A DNA stretch of 64,000 bases from Octopus sinensis (lineage: Eukaryota). Position 1 is the first letter of the stretch, and each line of letters starts with the position of its first letter. The translations under genes were made by a program, and so were the position numbers. Shown piece by piece: positions 37,517 to 49,947 of the stretch. The notes beneath the pieces were generated by a model. It was given only the letters and a program-made list of their open reading frames with translations, did no database searches and was not told where the DNA came from. The stretch lies in the NCBI RefSeq assembly GCF_006345805.1, contig NC_042999.1, forward strand, positions 64,294,001 through 64,358,000, given 5' to 3'.

Positions 37517-37885
37517 GGCGTAGGAGTGGTTGTGTGGTAAGTAGCTTGTTTACCAACCACATCGTTCTGGGTTCAGTTCCACTGCATGGCACCTTGGGCA
37601 AGTGTCTTCTACTATAGCCTTGGGTCGACCAAAACCTTGTGAGTGGATTTGGTAGACGGAAACTGAAAGAAGCCCGTCGTATATATATATATATGTTTGT
37701 GCGTCTGTGTTTGTCACCCCCCAACATCGCTTGACAACCGATGCTGGTGCGTTTACATTCCCGTAACTTAGCGGTTCCGCAAAAGAGACTAGTCTTACAA
37801 AGAATAAGTCCTGGGGTCGATTTGCTCAACTAAAGGCGGTGCTCCAGCATGGCCACAGTCATATGATTGAAACAAGTGAAAGAGT
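37517..37885 (+). mobile_element. tRNA-derived SINE family B, full length with TSD
   Basis: A/B-box-like head (tgtgtggtaag..gggttcagttcc), accttgggcaagt core, internal (TA)n, tail ..gaaacaagtgaaagagt; TSD attaca. Confidence 0.85.
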
Positions 37886-38035
37886 ATTACATTTGACAGA
37901 ATAATCTGAATGATAACGAGCTAAACATATAATTACCTTTAATATGCTGAATATCAAACAATGTGTCGAAATATTGGTTTTCCAACCCTTGCAAAATTTA
38001 AAATTGATTTGTAAACAACAAAATAGTTTACTTAC

Positions 38036-38250
38036 CTCATGTTTAATGCTTTCTGATAAACTTTTCACACTAGACAAATCAACACTGTCAGCAGATGGCA
38101 TGGCAACTGAAGGAGAAGCAGCAAGATCTCCACGAGAGATTAGAGTACACATGTAGGCATCATGGGAAAAAACATCAAATCGAATGAGTTCACAGAAAAG
38201 CTGGATAAGGTTAGAAAATGCATCTCGGTTTTCTTCTGATCCGCTGTCAT
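38036..38250 (-). CDS. MED12: MED12 exon (215 nt)
   Basis: [43 protein letters not shown]...SIKHE; tttttag / gtaagt. Confidence 0.95.
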
Positions 38251-38520
38251 CTAAAAAAACAGAGAAATGACAACATTGAGGATTCAGACAAAAGAGAGAG
38301 AGAGACCCAGATGTAATCATTATTTCCTTTATCATTGGTTTTATTTCTGCTTTTTCCGTGCACAAATAGGTTGGACAAGACCTACAGAGATGGTATTCCA
38401 AGGCCAGTCGGTCACCCTTCCAGTCACCAATTCTTGTTTCGAAACAATGATGCTTTTACTCAACTGGTCAAAACTGATAAAGCTTCCAAGCTATAGGATA
38501 TACCGTTTATGGGAGATAAA

Positions 38521-39409
38521 TGCTGGTATGGTCATGTGGCGAGAATGGATGAGGACAGCTCTGTGAAAAAGTGCCACACCCTTGTGGTTGGTGGAACCTG
38601 TGGAAGAGGTAGACCCAGGAAGACCTGGGTTGAAGTGGTGAAGCATGACATTCGAATTTAAGGCCTCGCCAAGGAAATGACTAGTGACCGAGACTTTTGG
38701 AAATATGCCGTGCATGAGAAGACCCAGCAAACCAAATGAAACCATAATCTCATGGCCTATGCCAGGGGCGTAACCAGCCCACTTGTACGTAACCTTTTCC
38801 TTCTTTGGTCACTAAAACTCTGCTTGCGAAGACCTGCTGAGGCAAGTGAAATCAAATCAAATCAATCAAAAGCAAAATCAAATTTGATGACTGGCATCTG
38901 TGCTGGCAGGTTGCAAAGAGCACCATACGAGCATGATCATTGACAGAGTGGCTAACCGGCTTCCGTGCCAGTGGAATTTGAAGGGCACCATTCGAGCGTG
39001 ATCGTTACTAGCGTTGCCTTACTGGCACTTGTGCCCGTGCTAGTAGGGTGCCAAGAGCACCATCCCAGTGTGATCGTTGCCAGAGCAGCCAACTGGCTTC
39101 TGTGCCAGTGGCACGTAAAAGGGCACCATTCAAGCATGATCGTTGCCAAAATCGCCTTACTGGCACCTGTGCTGGTGGCATGTGTAAAAGGATTTGAGTG
39201 AGGTCATTGCCAGTACTGCCGGTGGCACGTAAAAAGCACCCACTACACTCTCGGAGTAGTAGGCGTTAAGAAGGGCATCCAGCTGTAGAAACTCTGCCAA
39301 ATCAAGATTGGAGACTGGTGCAACCATCTGGTTCGCCAGCCCTCAGTCAAAATCGTCCAACCCATGCTAGCATGGCAAGCAGACGTTAAATGATTATGAT
39401 GATGATGGT
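38521..39409 (+). mobile_element. 5'-truncated RTE-clade LINE: ORF C-terminus + modular 3'UTR + (GAT)n tail
   Basis: 38521-38739 translates WYGHVARMDEDSSVKKCHTLVVGGTCGRGRPRKTWVEVVKHDIRI*GLAKEMTSDRDFWKYAV (RTE-type C-terminus); continues into the abundant ..ggaagggcatccagctgtag..gttaaa(tga)n repeat; possible gataaa TSD. Confidence 0.88.
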
Positions 39410-39647
39410 GATAAACAAATGTTACCACTGTTCAAATAGTATCACAATGAAGGCATACAGAAACACTTTCTCTTGCCCTCTCTCTCTCTCAAACACATAC
39501 ACACTGCAAGCTCCTGTGCTGCTTTACTCAACAAAATTTCACACACTAGACACTGGTCAGTACAAAGCTATAATCAAAGATATTTGCCTCAAAGTACCAA
39601 ACAGTGGGATGACCAGAGGGTTGGACAAATTTAACTTCATAATCACA

Positions 39648-39846
39648 CTCTTTACTCTTTTACTTGTTTCAGTCAATTGACTGCGGCCATGCTGGAGCAC
39701 CACCTTTAGTCGAGGAAATCGCCCCCAGGCCATATTCTTTTTAAGCCTAGTACTTATTCTATCGGTCTCTTTTGCCGAGCCGCTAAGTTACGGGAACATA
39801 AACACACCAGCATTGGTTGTCAAGCAATGTTGGGGAACAAACACAC

Positions 39847-39880
<34 letters not shown>

Positions 39881-40056
39881 TCATACATATATACGACAGG
39901 CTTCTTTCAGTTTCTATCTACCAAATCCACTCACAAGGCTTTGGTTGACCCGAGGCTATAGCAGAAGACACTTGCCCAAGGTGCCACGCAGTGTGACTGA
40001 ACCCGGAACCATGTGGTTGTTAAGTAAGCTACTTACCACACAGCCACTCCTATGCC
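39648..40056 (-). mobile_element. SINE family B, full length
   Basis: Reverse complement of consensus. Confidence 0.85.
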
Positions 40057-40489
40057 TCCCAGATGATGTTTTAACATAATCTAGTGCATTTATTACTTTA
40101 TCAGTCAACATATCGAAACAAGGATTTTGAAAGGACAAACAAACAGGTAATTCATGGTTTGGACTGTTCCACTGTTATAGAAAAGTATGTGCTGATTTCA
40201 TGTTTGTGTCTCTGATTAAGCTAAATCCAACTTGGGAGTTGATTAAGACATTTTCAATTGTTCATATGGATACCAAGCTCTTCGATAAATTACTCCTTGG
40301 TTCCATCTTCATATCTGGTATCGATGGAACATTTACCAATTCTTCTTTTTACAATTACAGTGTTATTATGAACCTTAATAATGATGACAATGGTGATGAG
40401 AAGAAAGTAATAACAGGTTTCATAAGAATGAGGGGATGGGGGGAGTGAAGGAAGGAGAGAAGGAGGAAGAGAGGGAAGAGAGAGAAGGA

Positions 40490-40537
<48 letters not shown>

Positions 40538-40826
40538 AAGAATGGGTCAATAGTTTGGGGTATAAGATTACCAAAGAAAAAGATAAAAATTGAAGCAGAT
40601 GTTGGACTGAAGACAACCTATTCAACCTACACATGGAAAAACAAACGTAAATTGACGAGCATGATGATGATGATAATGCTGATGAGACAAAGATATTCGC
40701 TTTATTGTTATTTCTATGTAAGCCATGATTATCAGCTATTGTTTCTATGAGGATGTTAAACCAGGATTAAGGATGCTAAACCTAGAAACGAGAAAAAAAT
40801 AATCTTCTCTAATGACAAGCACTTAC

Positions 40827-40953
40827 CTAGAACCGGAGCATCTTCATCAAGGAACTCCATGAGAAGCTGCTGGTAAGCCGGGTAGCCTGAAGACATCATG
40901 ACGTCAGACGCTATGGAATCTTTATCATCCATCATTTCACTATCAGCAAACTT
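40827..40953 (-). CDS. MED12: MED12 exon (127 nt)
   Basis: KFADSEMMDDKDSIASDVMMSSGYPAYQQLLMEFLDEDAPVL; gacag / gtaagt. Confidence 0.93.
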
Positions 40954-41008
40954 CTGTCGGTAAAAATAAAAATAGAGGAATTAAATGTCGTGTATTGAAC
41001 TTCTAACC

Positions 41009-41210
41009 AATATATGACAAATGCTCTACATTTGTTTAAATAATTAAAAACCACCAGTCGCATGGCATGCACGAGTTTTATGCGAACTTGTTTTTTTTCT
41101 CCTCTATATTGCAATAAAAACAAACGAGCAAGTTCACATAAAACTCATGCATGCCATGTGACTGGTGGTTTTTAATTATTTAAACAAATATAGAGCATTT
41201 GTCATATATT
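41009..41210. repeat. 82-bp inverted repeat with 38-nt spacer
   Basis: Arms 41009-41090 and 41129-41210, 4 mismatches. Confidence 0.92.
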
Positions 41211-41212
41211 AA

Positions 41213-41429
41213 CCCTTTCGTTACCAACCCGCTGAAACTGGCTTTAGCTCTGAGTACAAAATTTCTTGTTTTCATAAGTTTTGAATTAAAATCTTCAAAC
41301 CAAACCTTAGTCACAATTTATGTTCCTATCACTAGCTTAATGATAAGTTATTTTACTAAATTCTTTGTTATATTTAAAGTAATTGAAAGAAACACAGAGC
41401 ATCTCAAATTAAATACAGTAATGAAAGGG
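41213..41429. mobile_element. piggyBac-type MITE family P2
   Basis: TTAA|CCCTTTCGTTAC...GTAATGAAAGGG|TTAC. Confidence 0.8.
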
Positions 41430-42044
41430 TTACTAGAGGAATTAAGAAAGAATTAAAGTGGGGGGAAAAAAACAAGTAAAAGAAAAACTAAAAATCAACA
41501 ACATAGTAGAGAAGTTGAGGCATGTTTTAATTATTATCCCACATCACACCCACAATGAATGTTATTTTTTATCAATGACTCTCTTAACAAAACCAAAGAT
41601 AGATTGTCCTTGTTTTCATTGGCCCTTTTAACAAGACCAAATACAGGCTACAGTATATGAAAATATGTATATATGTATCAAGTCGGCAGTTGTTCTCTAC
41701 AAGCTCCAGGCTGACCAAAGCCTAGTGAACAGGGTTGGATGATGGAAACTGAAAGAAAGCCACCATCTATGAATGTGTATCATCATTATCTCCATTTAAC
41801 GTCTGTTTTCCATGCTGGCATGGGTTAGACAGTTTGACAGGAACTGGTAAGGCTGGGAACCACACCAGGCTCCATTGCCTGTTTTGGCATAGTTTCTACA
41901 GCTGGATGCCCTTCCTAGTGCCAATCATCTTTACAGAATGTACTGGGTGTACACTCTATATGTGGCACCAGCCCCTGTGTCTTTTACATGACACCAGCAA
42001 TATATGTGTGTGTACCTTTGTCTGGTCAAGACATCGCATAATGG

Positions 42045-42432
42045 TTTACTCTTTTACTTGTTTCAGACATTTGACTGTGGCCATGCTGGAGCACCGCCTT
42101 TAGTCGAGCAAATCGACCCCAGGACTTATTCTTCATAAGCCTAATACTTACTCTATTGGTCTCTTTTTGACGAACCGCTAAGTTACGGGGACGTAAACAC
42201 ACCAGCATCGTTTGTCAAGCAATGTTGGGGGACAAACACAGACACACACATATATATATACATATACATATATACGATGGGCTTCTTTCAGTTTTCATCT
42301 ACCAAATCCACTCACAAGGCTTTGGACGGCCCGAGGCTATAGTAGAAAACACTTGCCCAAGGTGCCACGCAGTGGGACTGAGCCCAGAACCATGTGGTTG
42401 GTAAGCAAGCTACTTACCACACAGCCACTCCT
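42045..42432 (-). mobile_element. SINE family B, full length
   Basis: Reverse complement of consensus. Confidence 0.85.
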
Positions 42433-43926
42433 GTAAATGAACATTGCTATCATACAAGCAAAGTTGTTGTTTGTTTCCAATCTGACATGAAAAATGTCTG
42501 GCTATATTATTTTTCTTAGAGACAAGTGAGGGTTGGCAACGGGAAGAGCATTAGAATGATGATAAGGATGATGATGATGATGATGATGTAAATATGGTGA
42601 TTATCCAACATTTCAAAATAAAACTAAATAACTGAAATTAAACCAATGAAATAAAACATGGATGAAAAAAACAAAAAACAAATATAAACATTGCATGCAG
42701 TTAAATATGCTATGCATGTATCTCTGTCTGAAAGGAGTTATCACCCAACCATTTCAAATTATAACAAAAGGAATGAAAAAAAAAACATACTTGAACACAT
42801 GTGGCTGTGTGGTTAAATAGTTCACTTCTAAACCACAGGGTTTCAGGTTCAGTCTTTCTGAACCTGACCATGAGTAAATGTTCTCTATTATAACCCCAAG
42901 CTACCCAGAGTCTTCTAAGTGGTTTTGGTAAATGGAAACTGAAAGAAGTCTGTTGTGTGTGCATATGTGTGCTTGTTGTCTCTTCATCTTAGCATCACAC
43001 GATGATTGTCAGTAAGTGTTACTATCACACAAGCAGTGTAATTCATTTCTATGTTTTCCATGAAAGCATGTGAGGATTGGTGACAAGAAGGATACTGGTA
43101 TCCTTATCGTTTAAATGTCCGTTCTCCATGCTAGCAAGGGTTGGTCGGTTCGACCGGGGATCTGGGAAGCCAGGCTCCGGTCTTATCTGGCAATGTTTCT
43201 ACAGCTGGATACCCTTCCTAACGCCAATATTAATATATGTTATATCTTATACGTAAAGCATATGTGATACATGTATGTATATTATTGTAATTGTCAGTTT
43301 AGTAAATAAATAAGTTAACATAATATGTTTGAAAGTTGATGAACCATCTATTGATCCCCTCCATTTTGTTATTGCTATATATATAGAAATATATATATAC
43401 ACTCATATACACATATACATATATACATAAATAAGAAGGAAAATATACAATTTTACATAAAAGGATAGAGTCATTTTTTTTCACGTTTATTTATTTCATT
43501 TAGTTCCTTTTTAAAATACTCCAGTATCTACATATATATATTTCGTTTTGGATTTGGTTTGCAAGATTCTTTATGTGAGTTCGTGTGTTGGAGCACATTC
43601 TGTTGTGTCTGGGGAGAGTCATTTTCTTTTTCAATAGTCTTGACTATTGAAAAGGTTGCAAGACGCAATGAAAATAAGTGTAAATTTTACAGGTGAGTGT
43701 GTTAAATTATAAGGCCCAAAAAGAAAATGACTCTCCCCAGACACAAGAGAATATATATATTTAGTCGTCTGAAAAAAGCCAATGGAAAAAATATTTGGTG
43801 TGTGTATGTGTGTGTGTTTGAGAGAGAGAGAGAGAGAGATGAAGAGTAATAACAAAGTAGCATCTTTCTTACCCACAACAGCACCCTTCCAAAACTCACT
43901 CCTTAACCATATAACAAATAGATAAA

Positions 43927-44309
43927 TCTCTCTCTATATATAAAACTGAAGTTGTCTGTGTATGGCAGGTTTTGTAGCCTTTAACTAACACTATCTCCTC
44001 CGAGACCCTGCGGCACAGGTTGACCAAAATTGAGAGCATGATAGAAGGCTTGCTCTTCCTTCCGTAGAAGAAAAAAATTCAAATCAGACCATGTTAACAC
44101 CAAAGATTATTTGCATCAAAAAGGTGCTTTTTTTTTTCTATGAAAATCCCTATTTTTTACGATATTTTGACTGCTGTATTGCCATTTTTCGGTTATTTCA
44201 ACCAGAAAAATGTTTACTTAAAGCTACATAATGCAAAATCTTTACTTTTCAAAAATTCCAATTCTAAAGGGTTAAAACAAACCCGAGCAACGCCGGGCGA
44301 TACTGCTAG
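43927..44309 (+). mobile_element. Non-autonomous Helitron, family H2
   Basis: A|TCTCTCTCTATATATAAA 5' end; cccg..cggg hairpin then tactgCTAG|T. Confidence 0.8.
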
Positions 44310-44363
44310 TAAATAAATAATAAGCAACAACACACATTACATAAAAGGAAAAAGTAAACTAAC

Positions 44364-44495
44364 CTCATTCCGCATATCATTCTGGCGTCGTTCTAACAAC
44401 TTAGCAACAACGACAGCTCTGTAATTACCAGTCCGTTGTATGGTGACTGCCCAGTCAATGAGGAGTTTAATGATCGGGTCATCACTAACAAGCGG
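44364..44495 (-). CDS. MED12: MED12 exon (132 nt), LCEWAV-domain core
   Basis: PLVSDDPIIKLLIDWAVTIQRTGNYRAVVVAKLLERRQNDMRNE; cttcag / gttagt. Confidence 0.95.
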
Positions 44496-44688
44496 CTGAA
44501 GAGAGGTCAAATAAATAAGCAATGATTAACAACACTTACAAACATTTCGGTTTATATAATTCTGATTTAGATTTAACATAATCATTAATATTTTGGATGT
44601 TAAACAGGCACAAAATTTACAATAGAAACCAAGTTTACTTTCTTTTCAAATCAATTGAAGGTTTTTTTTTAGAGGTTTTCAAAGTTAA

Positions 44689-45130
44689 TCATCATCATCA
44701 TCATCATTTAACGTCCGCTTTCCATGCTAGCATGAGTTGGACGATTTGATTGAGGTCTGGCGAACCAGACTCCAATTTAATCTGGCAGAGTTTCTACAGT
44801 GGGATGCCCTTCCTAACGCCAACCACTACGAGAGTATAGTGGGTGCTTTTACGTGCCACTGGCATGAGGGCTAGTTTGGTGGTACTGGCAATGGCCACGT
44901 CCAAATGGTGCTTTTTACGTGCCACCTGCACAGGAGCCAGTCCAGCAGCACTGGCAACGACCTCGCTCAAATGTTTCACGTGCCACCAGCTAGTAAGGTG
45001 ATGCGGTAACGATCACGCTTGAATGGTGTGCTTAACGTGCCATCGGCACGAAGGCCAGTTTGTTGCTCTGGCGACAATCTCACTCATATGGTACTCTTAG
45101 CGCTCCACTAACAACGGATGCCAGTGGCAA
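44689..45130 (-). mobile_element. RTE 3'UTR fragment
   Basis: (cat)n tail + modular subrepeats. Confidence 0.8.
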
Positions 45131-45834
45131 CGGGTCAAAGAGAAGAGGTGAAGTCAATTAAATCAACATTAACATTAACCAGTCATTACAGTTACCGACA
45201 TAACGATGTAGTTAAGAACTTGCTTTGCAACCCATGAGGTTTTGGGCTCAGTCCCACTGAGTGGCACCTTGGGCAAATGTCTTCTACTATAGTCCAGGGG
45301 CCAACCAATGCCCTCTGAAGTCCATCATGTGTGTGTGTGAGTGAATGAGAGTGAGTGTTAGTGTCTTTGTTTGTCCCCTGAACCACTAGACAACCAGTGA
45401 TGGTTCGTTTACATCTCTGTAACTTAGCAGTTCAGCAAAAGAGAATAGATAGAATGAGTACTAGACTTTAAAAATAAGGAGAGGGGGAAATCTGTTTGAC
45501 TAAACACTTCAAGGCAGTGCTCCAGCATGGCCACAGTCCAAGATAACACATCACTAGTACTTTATTTTATTGCCCTTAGCATATAACTGGTACTTGTTTA
45601 ATTGCTTTAAAGCCAAAATTATCTCTGCCAGAAGTCGAACTCAAATAATACTGTCTGCAATCATGAGGTCTGGTGTTCGATCCCACTGCGTAGCACCTTG
45701 AGCAATGTCTTTAACCACAACCTTGAGTTGACCCAAGTTTTATGAGTGACATTGGATAGATGGAAGCTGGAGGAAAGTAGGAAAGAGGACAAGACTCTAG
45801 CATCATCAGGGGAAAGGCTGTACTCATTGAATGC

Positions 45835-46070
45835 CTATATGGAGACCAGAAGTTAGCAAGGAAATCAGGCAAAGTAGACTGCGATTATCTGGTCACTGGA
45901 TGTGCCACCCTGAACTAGAGGCATCCAAATAAGTCTTGTGGAACCCACTTGAAGATGATGCAATAACAGGAAAACGGTGCCACACTTACATCAACAACTT
46001 GATAGCAGACATTGGCCTGGAATGTATCCAGGACCTTGAGGCAGTGATGATGGACTGAGAAGCGGGTAGA
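45835..46070 (+). mobile_element. Old RTE-like LINE C-terminal fragment (different family)
   Basis: LYGD../RQSRLRLSGHWMCHPELEASK*VLWNP..HTYINNLIADIGLE..DLEAVMMD, frameshifted. Confidence 0.6.
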
Positions 46071-46615
46071 CTTTGTTGTTGGAACCCAGCCATAATAATG
46101 ACAACAAATAATAATAATAAAAATAATAATAATATTGTTCTGTCTTGGTATAAAAGATGGGCTACAGCAAATATTCTGCTCAATACCACAGATTTGTTTG
46201 TCAGTTGTTTGACCTTAACCAGTTGACCATGTACTTTAGTGGCTGACAAAATGTGCATCTCTGATCATAAGCAGAAGTAGTTGGGGAGCATCATAGCCTT
46301 ATGTTGAAAGGAATTCGTAGAGGTTTGGATAATTCACCTTTGGAAACATGGGTGGGTCGTTCAACATCCTTAAACAACCCTTATTCAGGGACCTTTTGAG
46401 TGGGATGGGTTACTCGACCAGAAGAAAATTCTAACTGGGCCCCACCTGCAAGTCATGCGCTGTTTATCGTGATATGAGATCACCATGTCGCGCACATATG
46501 GTTGTGATGCATATGCCTGGTGTACTCTTATCAGACGGGTAGTCATGATGGGTATACTGGGCTTCGTATATTTTACCCGAGTGTCACTTTGATGGCATGC
46601 ATTGCTCTCTCACTC

Positions 46616-46646
<31 letters not shown>

Positions 46647-46752
46647 CATGAAAAATTTACATGGATGTAAAAGATGATGATGATGATGATGATGTGTCTG
46701 TACATGTAGTCTGTAAAAAAATTTCAAAGACATTAAAGGATTCTTGGCTTAC

Positions 46753-46889
46753 CTCATTACCTTCTTTATTTTCGTTGTGACAGAAGATTTTATTGTACAG
46801 AGAATTCATTGAGTTATTGGCATCGACTTTGTCAAAATAATGGCAATCGAGGATATCCAATACATTCAAAACTTTACTGATAGTGAAAC
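46753..46889 (-). CDS. MED12: MED12 exon (137 nt)
   Basis: GFTISKVLNVLDILDCHYFDKVDANNSMNSLYNKIFCHNENKEGNE; ttctcag / gtaagc. Confidence 0.95.
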
Positions 46890-46974
46890 CTGAGAAGAAA
46901 AATTAAATAAAATAATATTAGCTTCAGTAAAAATCAACAAGATAGCTAGTTGTTGCTCAGTATATATTCAATTA

Positions 46975-47432
46975 TCTACTATAATAATACTCTTGTGCTT
47001 TTCTCTGTCACAACATATGAATGAGAAAGGAAGGGGTGATAGATGAATAAGGAAGGAAGGGGTGATGGCAAACCGGTATGGGAGCATTTCAACTCTGTGT
47101 GAGTATATGTGTGTGTATGTAAAAGAAAGATATGTGAATGTGTGTGTGTGTGTCTGTGCAATGGAAGTGGGATGGTGAACATTCAATGCTGAAAAGAAAA
47201 ATCAAACAGTGTTTCAACTCTGTGTGAGTATATGTGTGTATGTGTGCATATGTACAAGGGAAGAATGTGAATGCATGTATGTGTTCTTTCAGTAACAAAT
47301 GATGATTGATGTCACATCTCAAAAGACAACCACTAGATAACATTGACAACTAAATTAATTTGATTTACCATCCATATTTATACATAAAATACTACAATTA
47401 GCCGTCATTTTTGACGGCACAGGGCCAGCTAG
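46975..47432 (+). mobile_element. Non-autonomous Helitron, family H3
   Basis: A|TCTACTATAATAATA 5' end; gccgtca-tttt-tgacggc hairpin 10 nt before CTAG|T; internal tandem duplications. Confidence 0.7.
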
Positions 47433-49513
47433 TATAATATAATAATAAGCTGATATTCCATTCTCATTCTCTCTAACTGAAAAATGAATGGATTTTTGTC
47501 AGTTTCAACAGGGATTATTTTCAGTTTAACTGCTTCAGTCATTTTGTCCAATGTATTGGACAATTTTCCAGCACAAATTACAAATGGAATATAAATTAAT
47601 TGAGTCACAGTTACCAGTTAACTGTGACACCTCTAAAACGCATATATAACCAAGGCCATGTCATTCTGACTCAAGTATTTGCTCACAAGTCATAGAGGAT
47701 GGCTGCGTCTTCTCGTAAATCTCACACAGGTAAGTAAATTGATATTTTTTACCAAGTGTTAGCAAAATATTTATTTATCCATGCCAAATATTAAGCATAT
47801 TGAATATTGAATTCTTTAAAAATTTACTCAGTATGTATTATTTACCTGTATTTCAGTATAAATGAAAAATAAAAATTAAAAAATAGTTTTACTTTTTTAT
47901 TCGTGACTGAAGGGGTTAACCATCAACAGGTGTGGCTGCGTGATTAAGAAGCTTGCCTTCTAATCATGAGGTCTTGGATTCAATCTCACGGTAAATGTGT
48001 GTGTGTATCCTTGTCTTGACATTACTTAATGGTTGTAAATGAGCATCACTGTCATACAAGCGATGTCTTCTTCTATAGTCCAGGGACCAACCAGTGCCCT
48101 CTGAAGTCCATCATGTGTGTGTGTGTGTGTGTGTGTGTGAGAATGAGAGTGAGTCTTCTGTGAAAAACATGTCGGGTCATGGCAAATTATTACCTTGCCT
48201 GCAAACAGGTGAAGTTTGTTGATAGGAAGGGTAAAGGGTATCTTGCTGTAGAAACATATTCTGTCTGACACAAGCAAGCAAGAAAAAGTGCACATTAAAT
48301 GATGATGATGATCATCATCAAAACTACCTTCCTTGACTTATAATGTAAGTGGCTAAATATTCCATGGATACTTATACTCTTCATTTATTCCCCAGCCAGA
48401 ACCAACATGAAATATTATGGTCCTTTTAATTAGAAATATAATCCATTTGTATTATAGTAGCACATGTGACACAAAGTATATTCCTGAGATACATTACACT
48501 AAGTCCATCCAATAGGTTTCTACACAGATTCCATACCCTCAGTTTTACTCATAATGCTCAAATCAACCAAAGCTATAGTAAACAACACATGCCCACAGTC
48601 CAAAGCAATAAACTGAGTCTAGCACCTCAGAATTGTGAAGAAAAAAGAAAAAGCTTTTAATCATTCATTATCATTTTCGTGTCCACTTTTCCATGTTTGC
48701 AAGGGTCAGAAAGAATTTGTTGAAGCAACTTTCCTATGGCCAGATGACCATCTTGTAGCCAACCCTCATGTGTTTCCAAATAAGGTAATATTTCTCCGTG
48801 ACCAGACATGTTTTGATGGAAGAATGTAAATGAAAGATACGGCTTGCAAGTGGTGAATTACAACTATCATACTAAGTCAAGACAAGGAGACAGTAACATA
48901 TACACATACTCACACACACACAAATGGACTCTTTTCAGTTTCTCTCTCCCAAATCCACTTTGGTTGATCAGGGGCTGTAGTAGAAGCAAACCTATTACCA
49001 CAGCCACAGTGTGTGTGTGTGTATCAAGGGACTGCTGTAAAGACAATAGCCTAAAATGTCATGCAGTGAGATTGAACCTACTACCTCTTGACTTTGATGT
49101 GAACTCAAACAGCATGCAGTATGTGTGCATGTCTTATGTTTAAGACATATTAAGAAGATTGTTCCACAGTAAAGGAGCCCCACATTTGATCCCAATGAGT
49201 AGTAGCTTAGGCAAGTATCTTTTACCATAGCCTCAGAGCAATCAAATCTTGTGAATGACATTGAGTTGATGAAATTTGTGGGAGCTTGTGGGTTGGACTA
49301 TATCTGTAATTCAAAAGGCCAGTCTTGTTACATTACGCTAGGTCATACCAATTCATCCTACGAATTACATTATCTGTACAAGTACCAGTGGAAAATTCAT
49401 CCATTTACATGCTAATACAATGAGGAGGTAATTCAGTTGCTTGAACACATGAAATATCTACTGCTGACACCAAAGAAAATCCATTTACTTTTATCTCTCT
49501 CTCTCTCCACATA

Positions 49514-49878
49514 TCTCTCTATATATAAACGGCAAAATGTCTGTGTGTGTGTCCTTTATACAAATCCACAATTTTTCAGTTAGAGGGCTCGCACTTTCTA
49601 TGGTCATTCAAAACCGTCCAAGTGTGGTCGTGCACATCTTTACATTTCCCTAGTCACCCTACAAAGCCATTAAAAAAATCAATAGAAGTGACTTTTTTGT
49701 GAATTTTCTATCCAAAATCCAATCAAAATGCCCGAAACTTGATATGCCAATTGAATGCCAGCTAGCTGTATGTGATTGGTCAGAGATTTGGACAGTACTC
49801 GTGTGTATGTGCGCATGCACGCAGCTGTATATGCATGCACTAGCACTATGACCCAGTGTTGCCGGGTCATAGTGCTAG
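49514..49878 (+). mobile_element. Non-autonomous Helitron, family H1
   Basis: A|TC...CTAG|T. Confidence 0.85.
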
Positions 49879-49947
49879 TATGCATATAAATACATAAATT
49901 TTGATGTTGAAATTAAATTAGATGAAAGAAAGCACACACAATATTAC

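Larger units (their letters stand above)
36967..37920. mobile_element. piggyBac-type MITE P1 split by an RTE and a SINE insertion
   Basis: Pieces 36967-37034, 37391-37516 and 37892-37920 rejoin into the P1 sequence. Confidence 0.78.

Noticed and set aside
38895-39245. Repeat-spacer-like array of about 60-nt units that could be taken for a CRISPR array
   Set aside because: Units are degenerate along their whole length, have no unique spacers or cas genes, and sit in a LINE 3'UTR present in many dispersed copies
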